A stretch of DNA of 64,000 nucleotides from an uncultured virus (IMG/VR IMGVR_UViG_3300035208_000814) (IMGVR_UViG_3300035208_000814), one strand, 5' to 3'; shown: positions 1 to 10,336, numbered from the stretch's first letter. The notes: a model not told the origin generated them from the sequence alone. Numbers and translations are program-made.

Positions 1-207
1 GAGAAGATATTAGAGTTTACAGAGCAGATGAAAGATGATTTAATCTATGATATTGCCCATTTACGTAATGCCATCAAAACTAACAACTTCCCTAGAAAAT
101 GCTTTGATAAAAAACTATTCATATGCAACAAATGCGGGTATGCAGAGTCCGGGGTATTCAAATACTATGAAGATACCGATTGGGATTACCCCGATGGAGA
201 GGATTAA
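1..207 (+). CDS. C-terminal end of a truncated ORF, possibly a Cas4-like/PD-(D/E)XK exonuclease
   Basis: Frame 1 is open from the window edge to TAA at 205-207 and contains FPRKC...ICNKCGY, resembling the Cys-rich tail of viral Cas4-like nucleases. The catalytic part is outside the window. Confidence 0.35.
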   Translation, partial: EKILEFTEQMKDDLIYDIAHLRNAIKTNNFPRKCFDKKLFICNKCGYAESGVFKYYEDTDWDYPDGED

Positions 208-557
208 TGACTGGAAAATTTGATAGTGAAGATGCTAACCCCGAATTCAAACATATCTGTACATACTGTAAGATTGCTTTAAAACCCGCAGAGGTGGGTG
301 GATATATTGAAGGTCAATTTGCCGATTATATGGAAGGCAAAGAGATTGGTGAGATTGGGTTTAATCTTTGTACAGAGCATTGGGCAATACTAATGGATGG
401 TATGGGGATTGACATGACAGAAGCAATAGCCCGGAGACGAGTAATGGAGTCTATGATGAAAGAGGCCGATGCCGAAACATTATACTTAATAGCAATTAGC
501 CAAGACTTATCATCAATTCACGAAATAGACGATATGATAGGGGATTTGTATGAGTGA
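207..557 (+). CDS. hypothetical protein with CxxC...CxxH zinc-finger motif
   Basis: ATG at 207 overlaps the upstream TAA and follows GGAGAGG; motifs CTYC and CTEH. Confidence 0.6.
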   Translation: MTGKFDSEDANPEFKHICTYCKIALKPAEVGGYIEGQFADYMEGKEIGEIGFNLCTEHWAILMDGMGIDMTEAIARRRVMESMMKEADAETLYLIAISQDLSSIHEIDDMIGDLYE

Positions 558-1833
558 TGATGAACAGAGTAATACAGATAAAGAAGCAATCCAAGAAGTA
601 AAAGATGCCATTGACAAACATGAAGAGTCATTGGTTAAGCAGGAAGAGGCAGTTAACAAGATAAGTAATATAACCGATAAGAAGGTTACAGACAATGACA
701 GCAATACTAGTACCGATACCAAATCAACCTAAATGTACATCATGTCATAGTGGTGTGGAGAATAACAATAAGAACACCATTAAGGTACATGGGATTGAAA
801 TTATAGACGAGAATGGTAAGTCTAAAAGAATAAGTGGAGATATGATATTCTGTAATATATATTGTCTTAACACTTACATTATGTTACTAGGTAATGGAGA
901 TGAGTGATTCAAATGGAGATAATTAATGGTGTACCTGTAATATCAGTGGACGAAATATGTTGGTGTTGCGATATAACACATGAGGTACATTGTACAGTAA
1001 CGGATTGTCCATTCTATGGATTAGACGGTGCTATACTAAAAGAGATTCAGATGTGATAGTAATGATAGATGACTATGATAGTAGACCTGACATTAGACTA
1101 TGCAATAGAGTATTATTGACTGCTAAAGAGAATGATTTACGTAATGCATTTATCTCATTACATAATGGGGATTGTGAAGTAGTAATGCACATACACTTCA
1201 CTGGTATTGGGACGGCCGTAGTAATGAAATGTAAAACATGTAATTGTAAATCAGACATAACAGACTATGGAAGATGGTAACTAATGTGTGGAGATCCTAG
1301 TGATGACAATCTATACATTGGTAATGTAGATCAATATAGTAGGGGAGATGATAAAATTACTAATGCTAACGGTATTATAGATAAGATTAAGAAAACAATA
1401 ACTAATGATGTGTCTACACGTAAGTGTTTTGATGTTAATACTGGAGATTTAGTGGCTGTTAAGTTTGCTAGACATGCCCCATACGTACTGTGTTTTGTTA
1501 GAGGTATAGATACGGGTTCTATTAAACTTCAAGTTCATATGGAAGATGACATAACATTACTAGAGTCCGAAGATATTTATGAACTAGCAATACCAGAAGT
1601 TAAGACTATATATAATATAAAGAAACGATTGGGATGATATAATGACAATGGAGAGTAGTGTACATCATCAAGGTTGTGATTCATTTAACGTATCACAGTC
1701 TGAATTGTATGCATCATCATTAGACGTAGCATCTCTAGAGATACTAATACATAAGTTAACAGGTATGTATAATAGTAAATTAGAAATTGCACAGAGAGAA
1801 TACCGAATACAAAATATGATAGATTGGATGTGA
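550..1833 (+). other. run of small hypothetical ORFs (550-732, 695-907, 990-1280, 1284-1637, 1642-1833), several Cys-rich
   Basis: Tightly packed co-oriented ORFs; no family recognised. Confidence 0.55.
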
Positions 1834-1839
1834 TAATAC

Positions 1840-2178
1840 TTGAAGAAATATACATGTAATTTCTGTGGTACGTTCTTTAATGAAACAGATATAGACAACG
1901 GTGATATCTGTCCTGTATGTAATCACACCCTTAAACAGATGTGTGATGAGGATAAAGTATGTACTTGCATAGTAGAGATTACCGGGGGAGTTAATGTCTG
2001 TCCCACCTGTGGAGAATTTACCTGTCCGTGTGGTAGTCATTCGGTGGCAGTTGTATCCCGCGTAACTGGATATCTTGCAGAAGTAGATGGATGGGGGGCT
2101 GGTAAACGTGCCGAATTTATGGATAGAACTAGATACAATGAGACAGATGGATCTGTAGTTAATGATTATATAAAGTAA
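1840..2178 (+). CDS. stand-alone NrdD C-terminal (glycyl-radical) domain protein with multiple CxxC motifs
   Basis: SRVTGYL...WGAGKRAEFMDR matches the class III RNR glycyl-radical loop; only 112 aa. Confidence 0.85.
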   Translation: MKKYTCNFCGTFFNETDIDNGDICPVCNHTLKQMCDEDKVCTCIVEITGGVNVCPTCGEFTCPCGSHSVAVVSRVTGYLAEVDGWGAGKRAEFMDRTRYNETDGSVVNDYIK

Positions 2179-2191
2179 TGGAGAGGATAGA

Positions 2192-2452
2192 TTGATAACA
2201 ATTTTTACATTAGAAGTATGTCCTAATTGCGAGATATTAAAGCAGACATTGGACAGTAATAACGTAAAGTATAAGAAATTAGATGCTATGAGCGCAGAAG
2301 GTATTACCGAGATGCGTGTCAATGGTTGTTTTGCTATTGAAATGCCAGTAGTTATGATTGGAGATGGAGATAGATTCCTAGAACACGCTGATCTATTTCT
2401 AAATGGAGAGATATTACCATTGGCATTACAAACAATGAAGGATAGTGAGTAA
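2192..2452 (+). CDS. glutaredoxin/NrdH-like redoxin
   Basis: FTLEVCPNCEILK thioredoxin-fold CxxC, cis-Pro motif MPVV, and EMRVNGCF segment as recalled from methanogen homologues. Confidence 0.85.
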   Translation: MITIFTLEVCPNCEILKQTLDSNNVKYKKLDAMSAEGITEMRVNGCFAIEMPVVMIGDGDRFLEHADLFLNGEILPLALQTMKDSE

Positions 2453-2846
2453 AATGGATGTAATTAATAATAATACAGGAACAGGAACACAAACATCAGG
2501 TACGTATACATTCCCATATAGGACATATATACCGGACACCAGACCCCCATGTTTTAAACCAAAATGCGAATTATGTGCATATAATAGATGTTGTGCAAAT
2601 TCAATATATTCAATTGTAACTTGTACAACTAGCACATCATTCACAAGTAATGAAGCAAATATAGTATACAATCAGAAATACAACAATACGGATAGATGCC
2701 GATGATCACAGACCTAGACGATTACTCATTTGATAATAGAATAGAGTATTTTAAACAGTTTGTAGAAGAACATGAGGAACATTACCTATCGCATAGTGAT
2801 AATGTATTACCGGGAACACCTATCTATGATTGTAATGGATTCATAG

Positions 2847-3224
2847 TTGGGTTTAGATCATATTATACAGGGAGTGAATTCTATTACTCCTAAATCCATT
2901 TTAGAGTATTGTATTGAATGTAATATGATTGCTACATCTAAAGGATGGTGGGAGGATATCAATACGGTAGAGTTTGATGGTGAAACTGATGTATTCAATG
3001 ATTATATCTATGCTACTAAACTTGCCTTAATATCAAGTGAGGTATCAGAGGCTATTGAGGATTTACGGGCAGATGATATGACACATCTTGGGGAAGAGTT
3101 GGCCGACATCGCTATCAGACTCTTTGATTTCTCCCATCAGTTAGAAATTAATCTAGAGAGGGAGATTGATAGAAAGATGGAGATTAATAAGGGGCGACCT
3201 TACAAACACGGTAAGAGGTTTTAA
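2847..3224 (+). CDS. MazG-like nucleotide pyrophosphohydrolase
   Basis: [14 protein letters not shown]...[12 protein letters not shown]...[14 protein letters not shown]. True start is probably downstream, about 2874-2883. Confidence 0.85.
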   Translation: MGLDHIIQGVNSITPKSILEYCIECNMIATSKGWWEDINTVEFDGETDVFNDYIYATKLALISSEVSEAIEDLRADDMTHLGEELADIAIRLFDFSHQLEINLEREIDRKMEINKGRPYKHGKRF

Positions 3225-3226
3225 TA

Positions 3227-3415
3227 ATGGTTAAGTATAGAAAGAAACCAATAGTTATAGATGCAGTACAATTAACCAGACCAGTAGACATCCACACACT
3301 AGAGGGAACTATGCGTGGGGATATTGGCGATTGGATTATAACCGGGGTTAATGGAGAACAATATCCATGCAAGCCCGATGTATTTGAAAAAACCTATGAG
3401 AAGGTAGAGGATTGA
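3227..3415 (+). CDS. conserved phage protein (PGDYG-like)
   Basis: [13 protein letters not shown]...TLEG...[25 protein letters not shown]. Confidence 0.8.
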   Translation: MVKYRKKPIVIDAVQLTRPVDIHTLEGTMRGDIGDWIITGVNGEQYPCKPDVFEKTYEKVED

Positions 3416-3702
3416 TTATGGCGATTGATAAAGCACAGGAAATAGAAGTTAATCCGGTAATGGAAGCAACAGACTTTAATGGTATTGTAAAAGAAATAAC
3501 ACGATTGGGGGAGACTAAAAATGCAAAGTATAAAGACTCACCAATTAACATCCTACCTACATCCTACTGGTTAAATCAAATAGTTATTAAGGCATTGAGG
3601 GCAGAACAGTCTACAAATGAGGCAAATGCCGAAGAGGAGTTAACGGATGTGATTGTCTACTCAATCAGAACATTAATTAAGATTCGGGGAGGATCTAATT
3701 GA
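3412..3702 (+). CDS. DUF1599/nucleotide-modification-associated all-alpha NTP-PPase-like protein
   Basis: KNAKYKDS...IKALR...[10 protein letters not shown] pattern. Confidence 0.55.
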   Translation: MIMAIDKAQEIEVNPVMEATDFNGIVKEITRLGETKNAKYKDSPINILPTSYWLNQIVIKALRAEQSTNEANAEEELTDVIVYSIRTLIKIRGGSN

Positions 3703-3850
3703 CCCGACAATATAAATATGTGTATTGCGAGAAATGCAAGGGGTTGGTCAGGGTATCGACATGTTACCGATGTTATTACTATGCAGAAGATGATGTATTT
3801 GAAATACAATGTAATTTCTTGGATAATTCAACTATAGAACCGGGGGATAC

Positions 3851-4573
3851 ATGAGTAAGAAGCATCCACGGGTTTATAACTACGAGAAGAAAGTATTAAG
3901 ATTGGGATGGCTATGGGATACTGATGCCCGTCACGATTTCCACATTAAATCTAAAGGGGCATTATATCAACAGATGGCAGAGGGTGACATCAATTGGACA
4001 ACATTATCCTCACTATTAATGGTAGATAAGAATTGGATTGAGATTAAGCCCAATGAGAAGATACCCCTAAACTATCATATGTTGAGAAGTGTATCTGATA
4101 GGTATATATCAGCACATACAAAATTCAAACCATCATTAACTGATCCAATAGCCTATGCTAAATACACGGCAATGAGAGCAGCCATACCCAAATTACGTAT
4201 ATTATTCCTAGCAATGTACAAAGATGACATAGCCTATACTTCACGATTTGGTGGGTGTATTCAATACATATTTGACCATCCAGAGGATTTTGCTAAACCT
4301 GATAAACTACCTGCTATTCAATCATTATATACGTGGTGGGAAGAAGAGGATTGGAGACCACGAACAAAACCAATCATTCGCTTTATGTTTGACAAGTTAA
4401 TCAAATACTATACACAAGATAACTTTGTTAAGCAATCCATAGATTTCATTATCAATGAATTACTAACACATAGAGCAGAATGGCAGAATCCAAATGGCAT
4501 ATTAAACCCGCCAAGTTGGTATCCTAGAGGGCAAGGTGGAATTAATTTTGTATTACATGGGAGGACATCATGA
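3851..4573 (+). CDS. hypothetical protein (Trp/Tyr-rich)
   Basis: 240-aa ORF, translationally coupled to its neighbours. Confidence 0.7.
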   Translation: MSKKHPRVYNYEKKVLRLGWLWDTDARHDFHIKSKGALYQQMAEGDINWTTLSSLLMVDKNWIEIKPNEKIPLNYHMLRSVSDRYISAHTKFKPSLTDPIAYAKYTAMRAAIPKLRILFLAMYKDDIAYTSRFGGCIQYIFDHPEDFAKPDKLPAIQSLYTWWEEEDWRPRTKPIIRFMFDKLIKYYTQDNFVKQSIDFIINELLTHRAEWQNPNGILNPPSWYPRGQGGINFVLHGRTS

Positions 4574-5124
4574 GTGACATAAATTTAGAAGAGTTATTAG
4601 CGGATTTAGAAATTGAAGATGAGTTATTGAATATAGGGGATAAGTTGGCAGATAGACCGGGACAAGATGCGTGGTTTAGAGACGGTCACATGATGGAGGT
4701 AGTTCTTAATATGGCAATGTCTACCAATCTTCAAATTGATAATGAACCGGGAACACATAAGCACAAAGCCTTTATCAACCTAATTAAATTAATGCAATTG
4801 GAATGTGCAAGAGATCCGTGGTGGTCTAGCAGATTAGGATGGCTAATGTGGTGGATGGCCTGTTATGCCCGATACGACAGTTACTATCCTCTCCAATGGT
4901 GTTTCCACTACGATCCACTAAACTTCTATAGAGTTGGTGAACCGTGGAGGCCAGTTGAATTATGCACCGTACCAAAGGGTGATCCATTTAACATTAGAGG
5001 TAATTGTGTAATTCATCCTGAGTGGTATTTAACACCACCAGTAGATGACACAATAAAAATAGATTCAACAGAACTAATGGAGGTAGACAATGGGAATGAG
5101 ATTTTGGATAACAACAAAGAATGA
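4570..5124 (+). CDS. hypothetical protein (Trp-rich), possible distant paralogue of 3851-4573
   Basis: 184-aa ORF with ATGA overlap; shares a D-x-x-aromatic-x-SR-x-G segment. Confidence 0.7.
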   Translation: MSDINLEELLADLEIEDELLNIGDKLADRPGQDAWFRDGHMMEVVLNMAMSTNLQIDNEPGTHKHKAFINLIKLMQLECARDPWWSSRLGWLMWWMACYARYDSYYPLQWCFHYDPLNFYRVGEPWRPVELCTVPKGDPFNIRGNCVIHPEWYLTPPVDDTIKIDSTELMEVDNGNEILDNNKE

Positions 5125-5599
5125 ACCTAAGTTCTCTCATCAAACACAGTTAATGAGATTTAATGAGAAGTATATGGACACATGGTTCTTTCAGGATGAG
5201 TGGGAAGAATTTGGACTATTAAACATATTAGGTTACAATCAGGAATATATAAAACGTAACTATCCAGATGGTATATCAGATAGTGACTCTCATATTTTAT
5301 TCAACAAAATCCTCTTTATAACAGAGGACGAAATGGAACAGCAATTCTTCAAGACATTTGACAGACCGACAACTTGGTGGGACAAATATCAGTTAGAAGG
5401 TATTAACTACATGCGACTAAAACAGAAGTATGCGAAGGAGTTAGACAGGGCAAGAATCACCTCAATCACCTGTGCCAATATGGAACTACCATCTGTGTAT
5501 TCTCAATGGTATTATTATCGTGATACAGTGGCCGTAAATCGCCCAGTTGTCTATGACAAAATATCCGGGGAGATCAGCAGGACAAGGGTTATACCATGA
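5090..5599 (+). CDS. hypothetical protein
   Basis: 169-aa ORF preceded by a GGAGGT RBS. Confidence 0.7.
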   Translation: MGMRFWITTKNEPKFSHQTQLMRFNEKYMDTWFFQDEWEEFGLLNILGYNQEYIKRNYPDGISDSDSHILFNKILFITEDEMEQQFFKTFDRPTTWWDKYQLEGINYMRLKQKYAKELDRARITSITCANMELPSVYSQWYYYRDTVAVNRPVVYDKISGEISRTRVIP

Positions 5600-6165
5600 A
5601 GGAAAAGAAGATTAGACATCACATGCCTATAGCATTAATAGATGTAGACAATACACTATGTGATTTTGCCACTCCACTATACAATGAACTAATCCAGACA
5701 CATCCCGACATCCCTATTGTATCTGAATGGCACAATTGGAGATTCTGGAAAGACCACATGGAACCTAAAGACTTCTACAATGCGGTTAATGTTGTACAGG
5801 GAGATTCTAGACTTTGGGAAGTGATTGAAGGGGCGTCAGAGTTATTATATAGGTTACGCACCCAATATCTAATAATCATAGCATCTCATCGGGCAAATAC
5901 ACCACAGACACACATTCAACTAATGGATTGGTTGTATCGCAATGATTTACCATACCATCAAATATACCTATCGTATGACAAAACCGTATTGTTTCCCCAA
6001 GTAGACTTTATAGTTGATGATAGTCCATCAATCTTAAGAAAGGCAGCAGCATACTATGGGAACAATCGTTGTGTATTTGGACTTAAATTTCCGTGGAACA
6101 AATGTATTATAGACAATGAGAATGTATGGTTAGTAGAGAGTTTACATCACATAATGGAGTTTTAA
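5596..6165 (+). CDS. HAD-family 5'(3')-deoxyribonucleotidase (NT5C-like)
   Basis: IDVDNTLCDF motif I, ASHR motif II, DK...FIVDDSP, FPWN. Confidence 0.85.
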   Translation: MKEKKIRHHMPIALIDVDNTLCDFATPLYNELIQTHPDIPIVSEWHNWRFWKDHMEPKDFYNAVNVVQGDSRLWEVIEGASELLYRLRTQYLIIIASHRANTPQTHIQLMDWLYRNDLPYHQIYLSYDKTVLFPQVDFIVDDSPSILRKAAAYYGNNRCVFGLKFPWNKCIIDNENVWLVESLHHIMEF

Positions 6166-6394
6166 GTATGAAGAAAGGTAGTGAAGATGCAATGGCAAAA
6201 GAAGAGATGAAGGAAAAGACTATGGGAAAGTGTAAGCCGGGGAAACCAAAGCCCAAGAAGTGAAGTATGCCATCTATAATAACATTATTTTTTTACATGA
6301 TAGCAATAGGAATACCGTGGGCTGTAGTATGCTATTTATCTATAGAGCATATTAAGAAGTGGCCATACCATAGATCATACAAGCGGGTGAAACA

Positions 6395-7036
6395 ATAGAA
6401 ATAATAGTGGATAGCAGAGAGCCGCCGAAATACAGTGAGTTCATCAAAAAATCATTCCCCAATGATAAAGTTATTGTTAAGAAACTAGATGAGGGGGATT
6501 ACGAAACATCCAAAGTGATTGTAGAGAGAAAGACAGTGGCAGATTTATACTCATCAATTGTAGGTACGAAGAATGAACCGGGGAGATTGTTTAATCAAGT
6601 CAGCAGATTATCAGGCCATACAGATAAAGTCATAGTTATTATGGTTACGGGAAATGTCAATGACTTCACAGATAGAATGAAGAAGTTACATGTTAATGTT
6701 AATCTCAATATAATCTATGGGGCTATGGCATCAATCTCATGTCGTGACCGTATTCACTTCTTGTGGTTTGATAATGAATGGAATGGTTTCATCACATTGA
6801 TTAACTTTATGCGTAAAGTTGACGATGGAGAATATATGATACCACATAGGCGAGAGCCAGATATGTTAATGGCCAAATATCTAAACATTCGTCCTAAAGA
6901 ATTCATAGAGATAAAGAATAAGTTTAAGTCACTTAAAGAACTTTCAGAAGCAACTGATCAAGAGTTAACTCAAATCTTTGGAGTTGGGAAAACAAAAGCA
7001 AAGCGTATACGGGAGTTGATGCACCAATGGGCATAA
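6395..7036 (+). CDS. ERCC4/XPF-type structure-specific nuclease with C-terminal helix-hairpin-helix
   Basis: IIVDSREP, GDY, VERKTVADL, GRLFNQ, and IFGVGKTKA HhH. Start is probably ATA at 6395 (the ORF track gives GTG at 6407). Confidence 0.9.
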   Translation: MEIIVDSREPPKYSEFIKKSFPNDKVIVKKLDEGDYETSKVIVERKTVADLYSSIVGTKNEPGRLFNQVSRLSGHTDKVIVIMVTGNVNDFTDRMKKLHVNVNLNIIYGAMASISCRDRIHFLWFDNEWNGFITLINFMRKVDDGEYMIPHRREPDMLMAKYLNIRPKEFIEIKNKFKSLKELSEATDQELTQIFGVGKTKAKRIRELMHQWA

Positions 7037-7051
7037 TGGAGGTGTGTATTA

Positions 7052-8209
7052 TTGACGTTAATGAGTATAGCGTTAAAGGAGATGAAGGAGAGGAAGGCGT
7101 ATCTTAGTGAAACATACACACCATTCTACACAATGTCCTACGCTATGCATTGCTTCAATCTACAGAATCAATTGAGGAAGTTTTACTATGAAGGTAAAAG
7201 GTTGCCGTCATTGCGTATGCACATTACCAACATGGCCCCTAGTGGATTCATGAAATCATATTACGGGGAGAACATGGGTACAGGTGATTATGCCATATTC
7301 AAAAACACAGGTATTCATATTGATCAGCGTCAGGAAATGTCTACAGCCGGATTGATTGGTACTAAACACTTTGCTGATGGAGTAACTGTAACTACTGAGG
7401 GCGTAGCAGAGAAGATGAAAGAGTCTATTCTTGTAGTAGATGAATTCAGTGGGGTTATTCAGTCATCAAAAATATCTTACAACTCCGCTATGGAATCACA
7501 GTTACTCGCACTACTTGACAGTGGATTAATCTATAAGACATTGGGTAGTGGTGAGATTGCATATAATTCCCAATTAACTTTGTGGAGTGGTATTCAGCCG
7601 GGGAAGATGGATTTAATGGGTGGTATTGCAAGGAGAACGGTGTTCTTATTGTTCATGCCAACTATGTCTGATAGTAGACATCTGGTTAATGCCCAGTATG
7701 CAGCACAGAATATGCCACCAGACGAGGGCAATATGGCATCTATTTGGACGAGAGTTGATGAATGGCATGACAAATTAAAATGTGTAGAGTCATTATCATT
7801 TGACGAATCAGTGCGGGAGATGTATGATAAATTAGGTGTCTATTGCTTTGAAGTCACATTATTCAATCGTATGGCATTAGCATATCACTTATCAACACAT
7901 GAACCAACACCTGACATTGTAGTTAATGTTGATGACAATAACTTCATTGAATTGGCCAAGAAAGCAAAGGAGTGGCGAGACAATATCATTCAGGGTGTCC
8001 CGTCATTACAATTAGCCAAGATGATCAAAAACAGTGGTAAGTATGATGATGAGAAGGATACCTTTACAATCAAGAAGAACGTATTGATTAAGGATGCAGT
8101 AATGTTAACATGGAATAGTGGGCAGGTTAATGACTTGCTAATAGAGATGATGAAGAATGGACAGGTTAAAGTTAATGGTAATGAGATTACACTATTATCA
8201 GAGAGGTAG
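7052..8209 (+). CDS. MCM-like AAA+ ATPase/helicase lacking the canonical N-terminal domain
   Basis: Walker A variant APSGFMKS, STAGLIG (MCM-like), Walker B LVVDEF, possible Arg finger IARR, winged-helix-like C terminus. Confidence 0.65.
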   Translation: MTLMSIALKEMKERKAYLSETYTPFYTMSYAMHCFNLQNQLRKFYYEGKRLPSLRMHITNMAPSGFMKSYYGENMGTGDYAIFKNTGIHIDQRQEMSTAGLIGTKHFADGVTVTTEGVAEKMKESILVVDEFSGVIQSSKISYNSAMESQLLALLDSGLIYKTLGSGEIAYNSQLTLWSGIQPGKMDLMGGIARRTVFLLFMPTMSDSRHLVNAQYAAQNMPPDEGNMASIWTRVDEWHDKLKCVESLSFDESVREMYDKLGVYCFEVTLFNRMALAYHLSTHEPTPDIVVNVDDNNFIELAKKAKEWRDNIIQGVPSLQLAKMIKNSGKYDDEKDTFTIKKNVLIKDAVMLTWNSGQVNDLLIEMMKNGQVKVNGNEITLLSER

Positions 8210-8377
8210 TCTATGAGTAATGATTATGATTTACGAGAGAGCAAAGTTGTATGCTTAAACTTCGGTTGTAGATATAACTTAAAGAATATATCTACAGAGC
8301 CAACTTGTAATTTCAAGATAGTATCATTAGATACATTTGGGCATTGTAGATTATATATACCTAAGGAGAAGATTTAA

Positions 8378-8674
8378 ATGCAGTATATAAACAAAGAGAA
8401 AACAGCCGCGATTTGTGGCATATGTGGAAATGTAACGCAAACTCAGAAAACCGTATTACCTAATGGCAATACCAGAATTAATCTTAACTGTGCCGTATGT
8501 GGTAGCCCGGATGTCGATGTAATTAAAGCACCACCCATAATGGAAGAGAAAATAGTTAATCCAGATATCCTTCCATTATCATCAGAGTTAAAAGAACAAA
8601 TTATAGAGATTGTAAACCCTATTGTATCACCAACAAAGAAAGGTAGAGGACGGCCCAAAAAGGTGAAAGGATAA
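8378..8674 (+). CDS. zinc-ribbon protein with C-terminal AT-hook
   Basis: CGIC...CAVC plus KKGRGRPKK. Confidence 0.7.
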   Translation: MQYINKEKTAAICGICGNVTQTQKTVLPNGNTRINLNCAVCGSPDVDVIKAPPIMEEKIVNPDILPLSSELKEQIIEIVNPIVSPTKKGRGRPKKVKG

Positions 8675-9123
8675 TGGGTAAGGTTACAACATCAGTATAT
8701 CTTGATAGTAACTTACTCGAGCAGATTGCTGAAAAGACTGATATGAATGTATCTACTGCCGTTAATGTAGCACTTGAAATGTTCTTGCGCTATGAAATGG
8801 ACGATACACTCCTTCATTTTAAATTAGATAGGATTGAACAAGAACACAATCTATTACAGATAGAGAAGCAGCAGATTGAAAATCGTATTACAAATCTCAT
8901 TAAATACAAAGAGACTGTGCAGAAAGAATACGATGATATTAAAAAACGTGATAGGGAGTTAGTATTAGTCAGATTACTTAATAATCAACTAATAACTTAT
9001 GACTATAATGAATTTGACATCATAGAAAATTATACGGATCTACTTAATGAAATGAAAGAGGTAAATCCAGAATTTAATCTAACTAAATATATCACACGTA
9101 TGAAGAAGATTATCAGTCAATGA
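8674..9123 (+). CDS. ribbon-helix-helix DNA-binding protein with coiled coil
   Basis: KVTTSVYLDSNLL...NVSTAVNVAL RHH pattern followed by heptad repeats. Confidence 0.65.
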   Translation: MGKVTTSVYLDSNLLEQIAEKTDMNVSTAVNVALEMFLRYEMDDTLLHFKLDRIEQEHNLLQIEKQQIENRITNLIKYKETVQKEYDDIKKRDRELVLVRLLNNQLITYDYNEFDIIENYTDLLNEMKEVNPEFNLTKYITRMKKIISQ

Positions 9124-9125
9124 TA

Positions 9126-9233
9126 ACTTTATTAAGGTTGAGATCATATATGTAGATGCACAACAACGACACGACAATCATAGAGGGTAAAAAATCATAC
9201 CTTCTGTTTTTGTTTTGTTAGGAGAGCGCACCT
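9126..9233 (+). ncRNA. TATA-preceded structured element, copy 1 (putative small RNA or leader)
   Basis: Intergenic. Hairpin AGAGGGTA/TACCTTCT flanked by CAACAAC/CACGACAA and TTTTGTTTTGTTAGGAG; a second copy lies at 37.2 kb. Confidence 0.5.
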
Positions 9234-9284
9234 ATTCTAATCAATTTAAGAGACATTTATAACAACGTAGCCGGAGGAAAACGT

Positions 9285-9515
9285 ATGCAGGTAGTAAATG
9301 ATAAGACCGTGATTTGCGGCAAGTGTGGGCATGTCAATGATGTGCGCCAACGAACCATAAGCAGAGGTAAAGTAGAATATTCATATGAATGTGATGACTG
9401 TGGATACAAAGCATCAGAAGTAAAAACTATACAGGCATTTGTAACAGTAACAAAAGGTGATACAACAGAAGTATTACCATCTGAAATATCTTCTACACGA
9501 AGATTCAAACATTAA
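9285..9515 (+). CDS. zinc-ribbon protein
   Basis: CGKC...CDDC; GGAGG RBS. Confidence 0.7.
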   Translation: MQVVNDKTVICGKCGHVNDVRQRTISRGKVEYSYECDDCGYKASEVKTIQAFVTVTKGDTTEVLPSEISSTRRFKH

Positions 9516-9516
9516 T

Positions 9517-9533
9517 CTTTTTTAAAAAAGTTA
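9517..9533. terminator. putative bidirectional T-tract terminator between convergent gene blocks
   Basis: TCTTTTTTAAAAAAG between the stop codons of the + and - blocks. Confidence 0.45.
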
Positions 9534-10310
9534 TTATTTTAAATTCGGACACTGAATTACTGCCGAATCATCTACTGTTATTTTATTTTCATCATCTATA
9601 TTGATGATTACCCATCCTAAATCTGACGGGGCAATTAAGTTCTTATCAACGGCATACGGGGTTTTGTGTTGCCAACCGGGGGTCATTACACCTGTCATAT
9701 ACTTATTACTGACTGATGTGTAAACATGATTGTGACTTAATACCAGTAGATCAACTTTACCATAGTAGTCACTTGCACCCTGAACTTCTTTCATCTTGGT
9801 TTCAATTGACGCGGCCTTATTCTTTGTATGCGCCGAGTGGTGATTGGCAAATATCCTGATACCCGCCATGTCCATTACTAACTCATCATGATAGGTGCAA
9901 TTACTACCCACTTTCTCCGCTATATCTTCCTCGGCAATTAAGTCCCGACCACAGTGATATCCAGTGCCTTTTGTCAAGTGAATCTCTGTGGAATTTGAGA
10001 AGTCACTAAAGTAATGTGCGGCCATTGATGTTTGTTCGTATGGATCATTAGAGCATACGTGCCCGATACCAAAGGGGTTTTTACCATCAACAATGTCACC
10101 ATTCCCAATTACATACCGAATCTTACGGTATCTATTCATCATATTTGCCCATAAGTTCTGATTATATTCTTGTATGTCATTCTGGAAAACATACTTGATT
10201 TTGCATCCTCTAGCATCCTTACCAATATGATCAGGATATAATAATCCCCAATTGCTCATAATGTGTGTATCTGATAACAGTAAAATCTGTTCCCTAATTT
10301 CAATTTCCAT
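9534..10310 (-). CDS. calcineurin-like metallophosphoesterase
   Basis: LSDTH, NGDIVDG, GTGYH, NHH and SHNH metal-binding motifs. Confidence 0.85.
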   Translation of the reverse strand: MEIEIREQILLLSDTHIMSNWGLLYPDHIGKDARGCKIKYVFQNDIQEYNQNLWANMMNRYRKIRYVIGNGDIVDGKNPFGIGHVCSNDPYEQTSMAAHYFSDFSNSTEIHLTKGTGYHCGRDLIAEEDIAEKVGSNCTYHDELVMDMAGIRIFANHHSAHTKNKAASIETKMKEVQGASDYYGKVDLLVLSHNHVYTSVSNKYMTGVMTPGWQHKTPYAVDKNLIAPSDLGWVIINIDDENKITVDDSAVIQCPNLK

Positions 10311-10336
10311 ATCTATTCCTCCATATTGAAAAATAC

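Noticed and set aside
8207..8215. TAG readthrough from the MCM-like gene into the next in-frame ORF
   Set aside because: The downstream ATG has its own GAGGT RBS, so a separate small gene is simpler.
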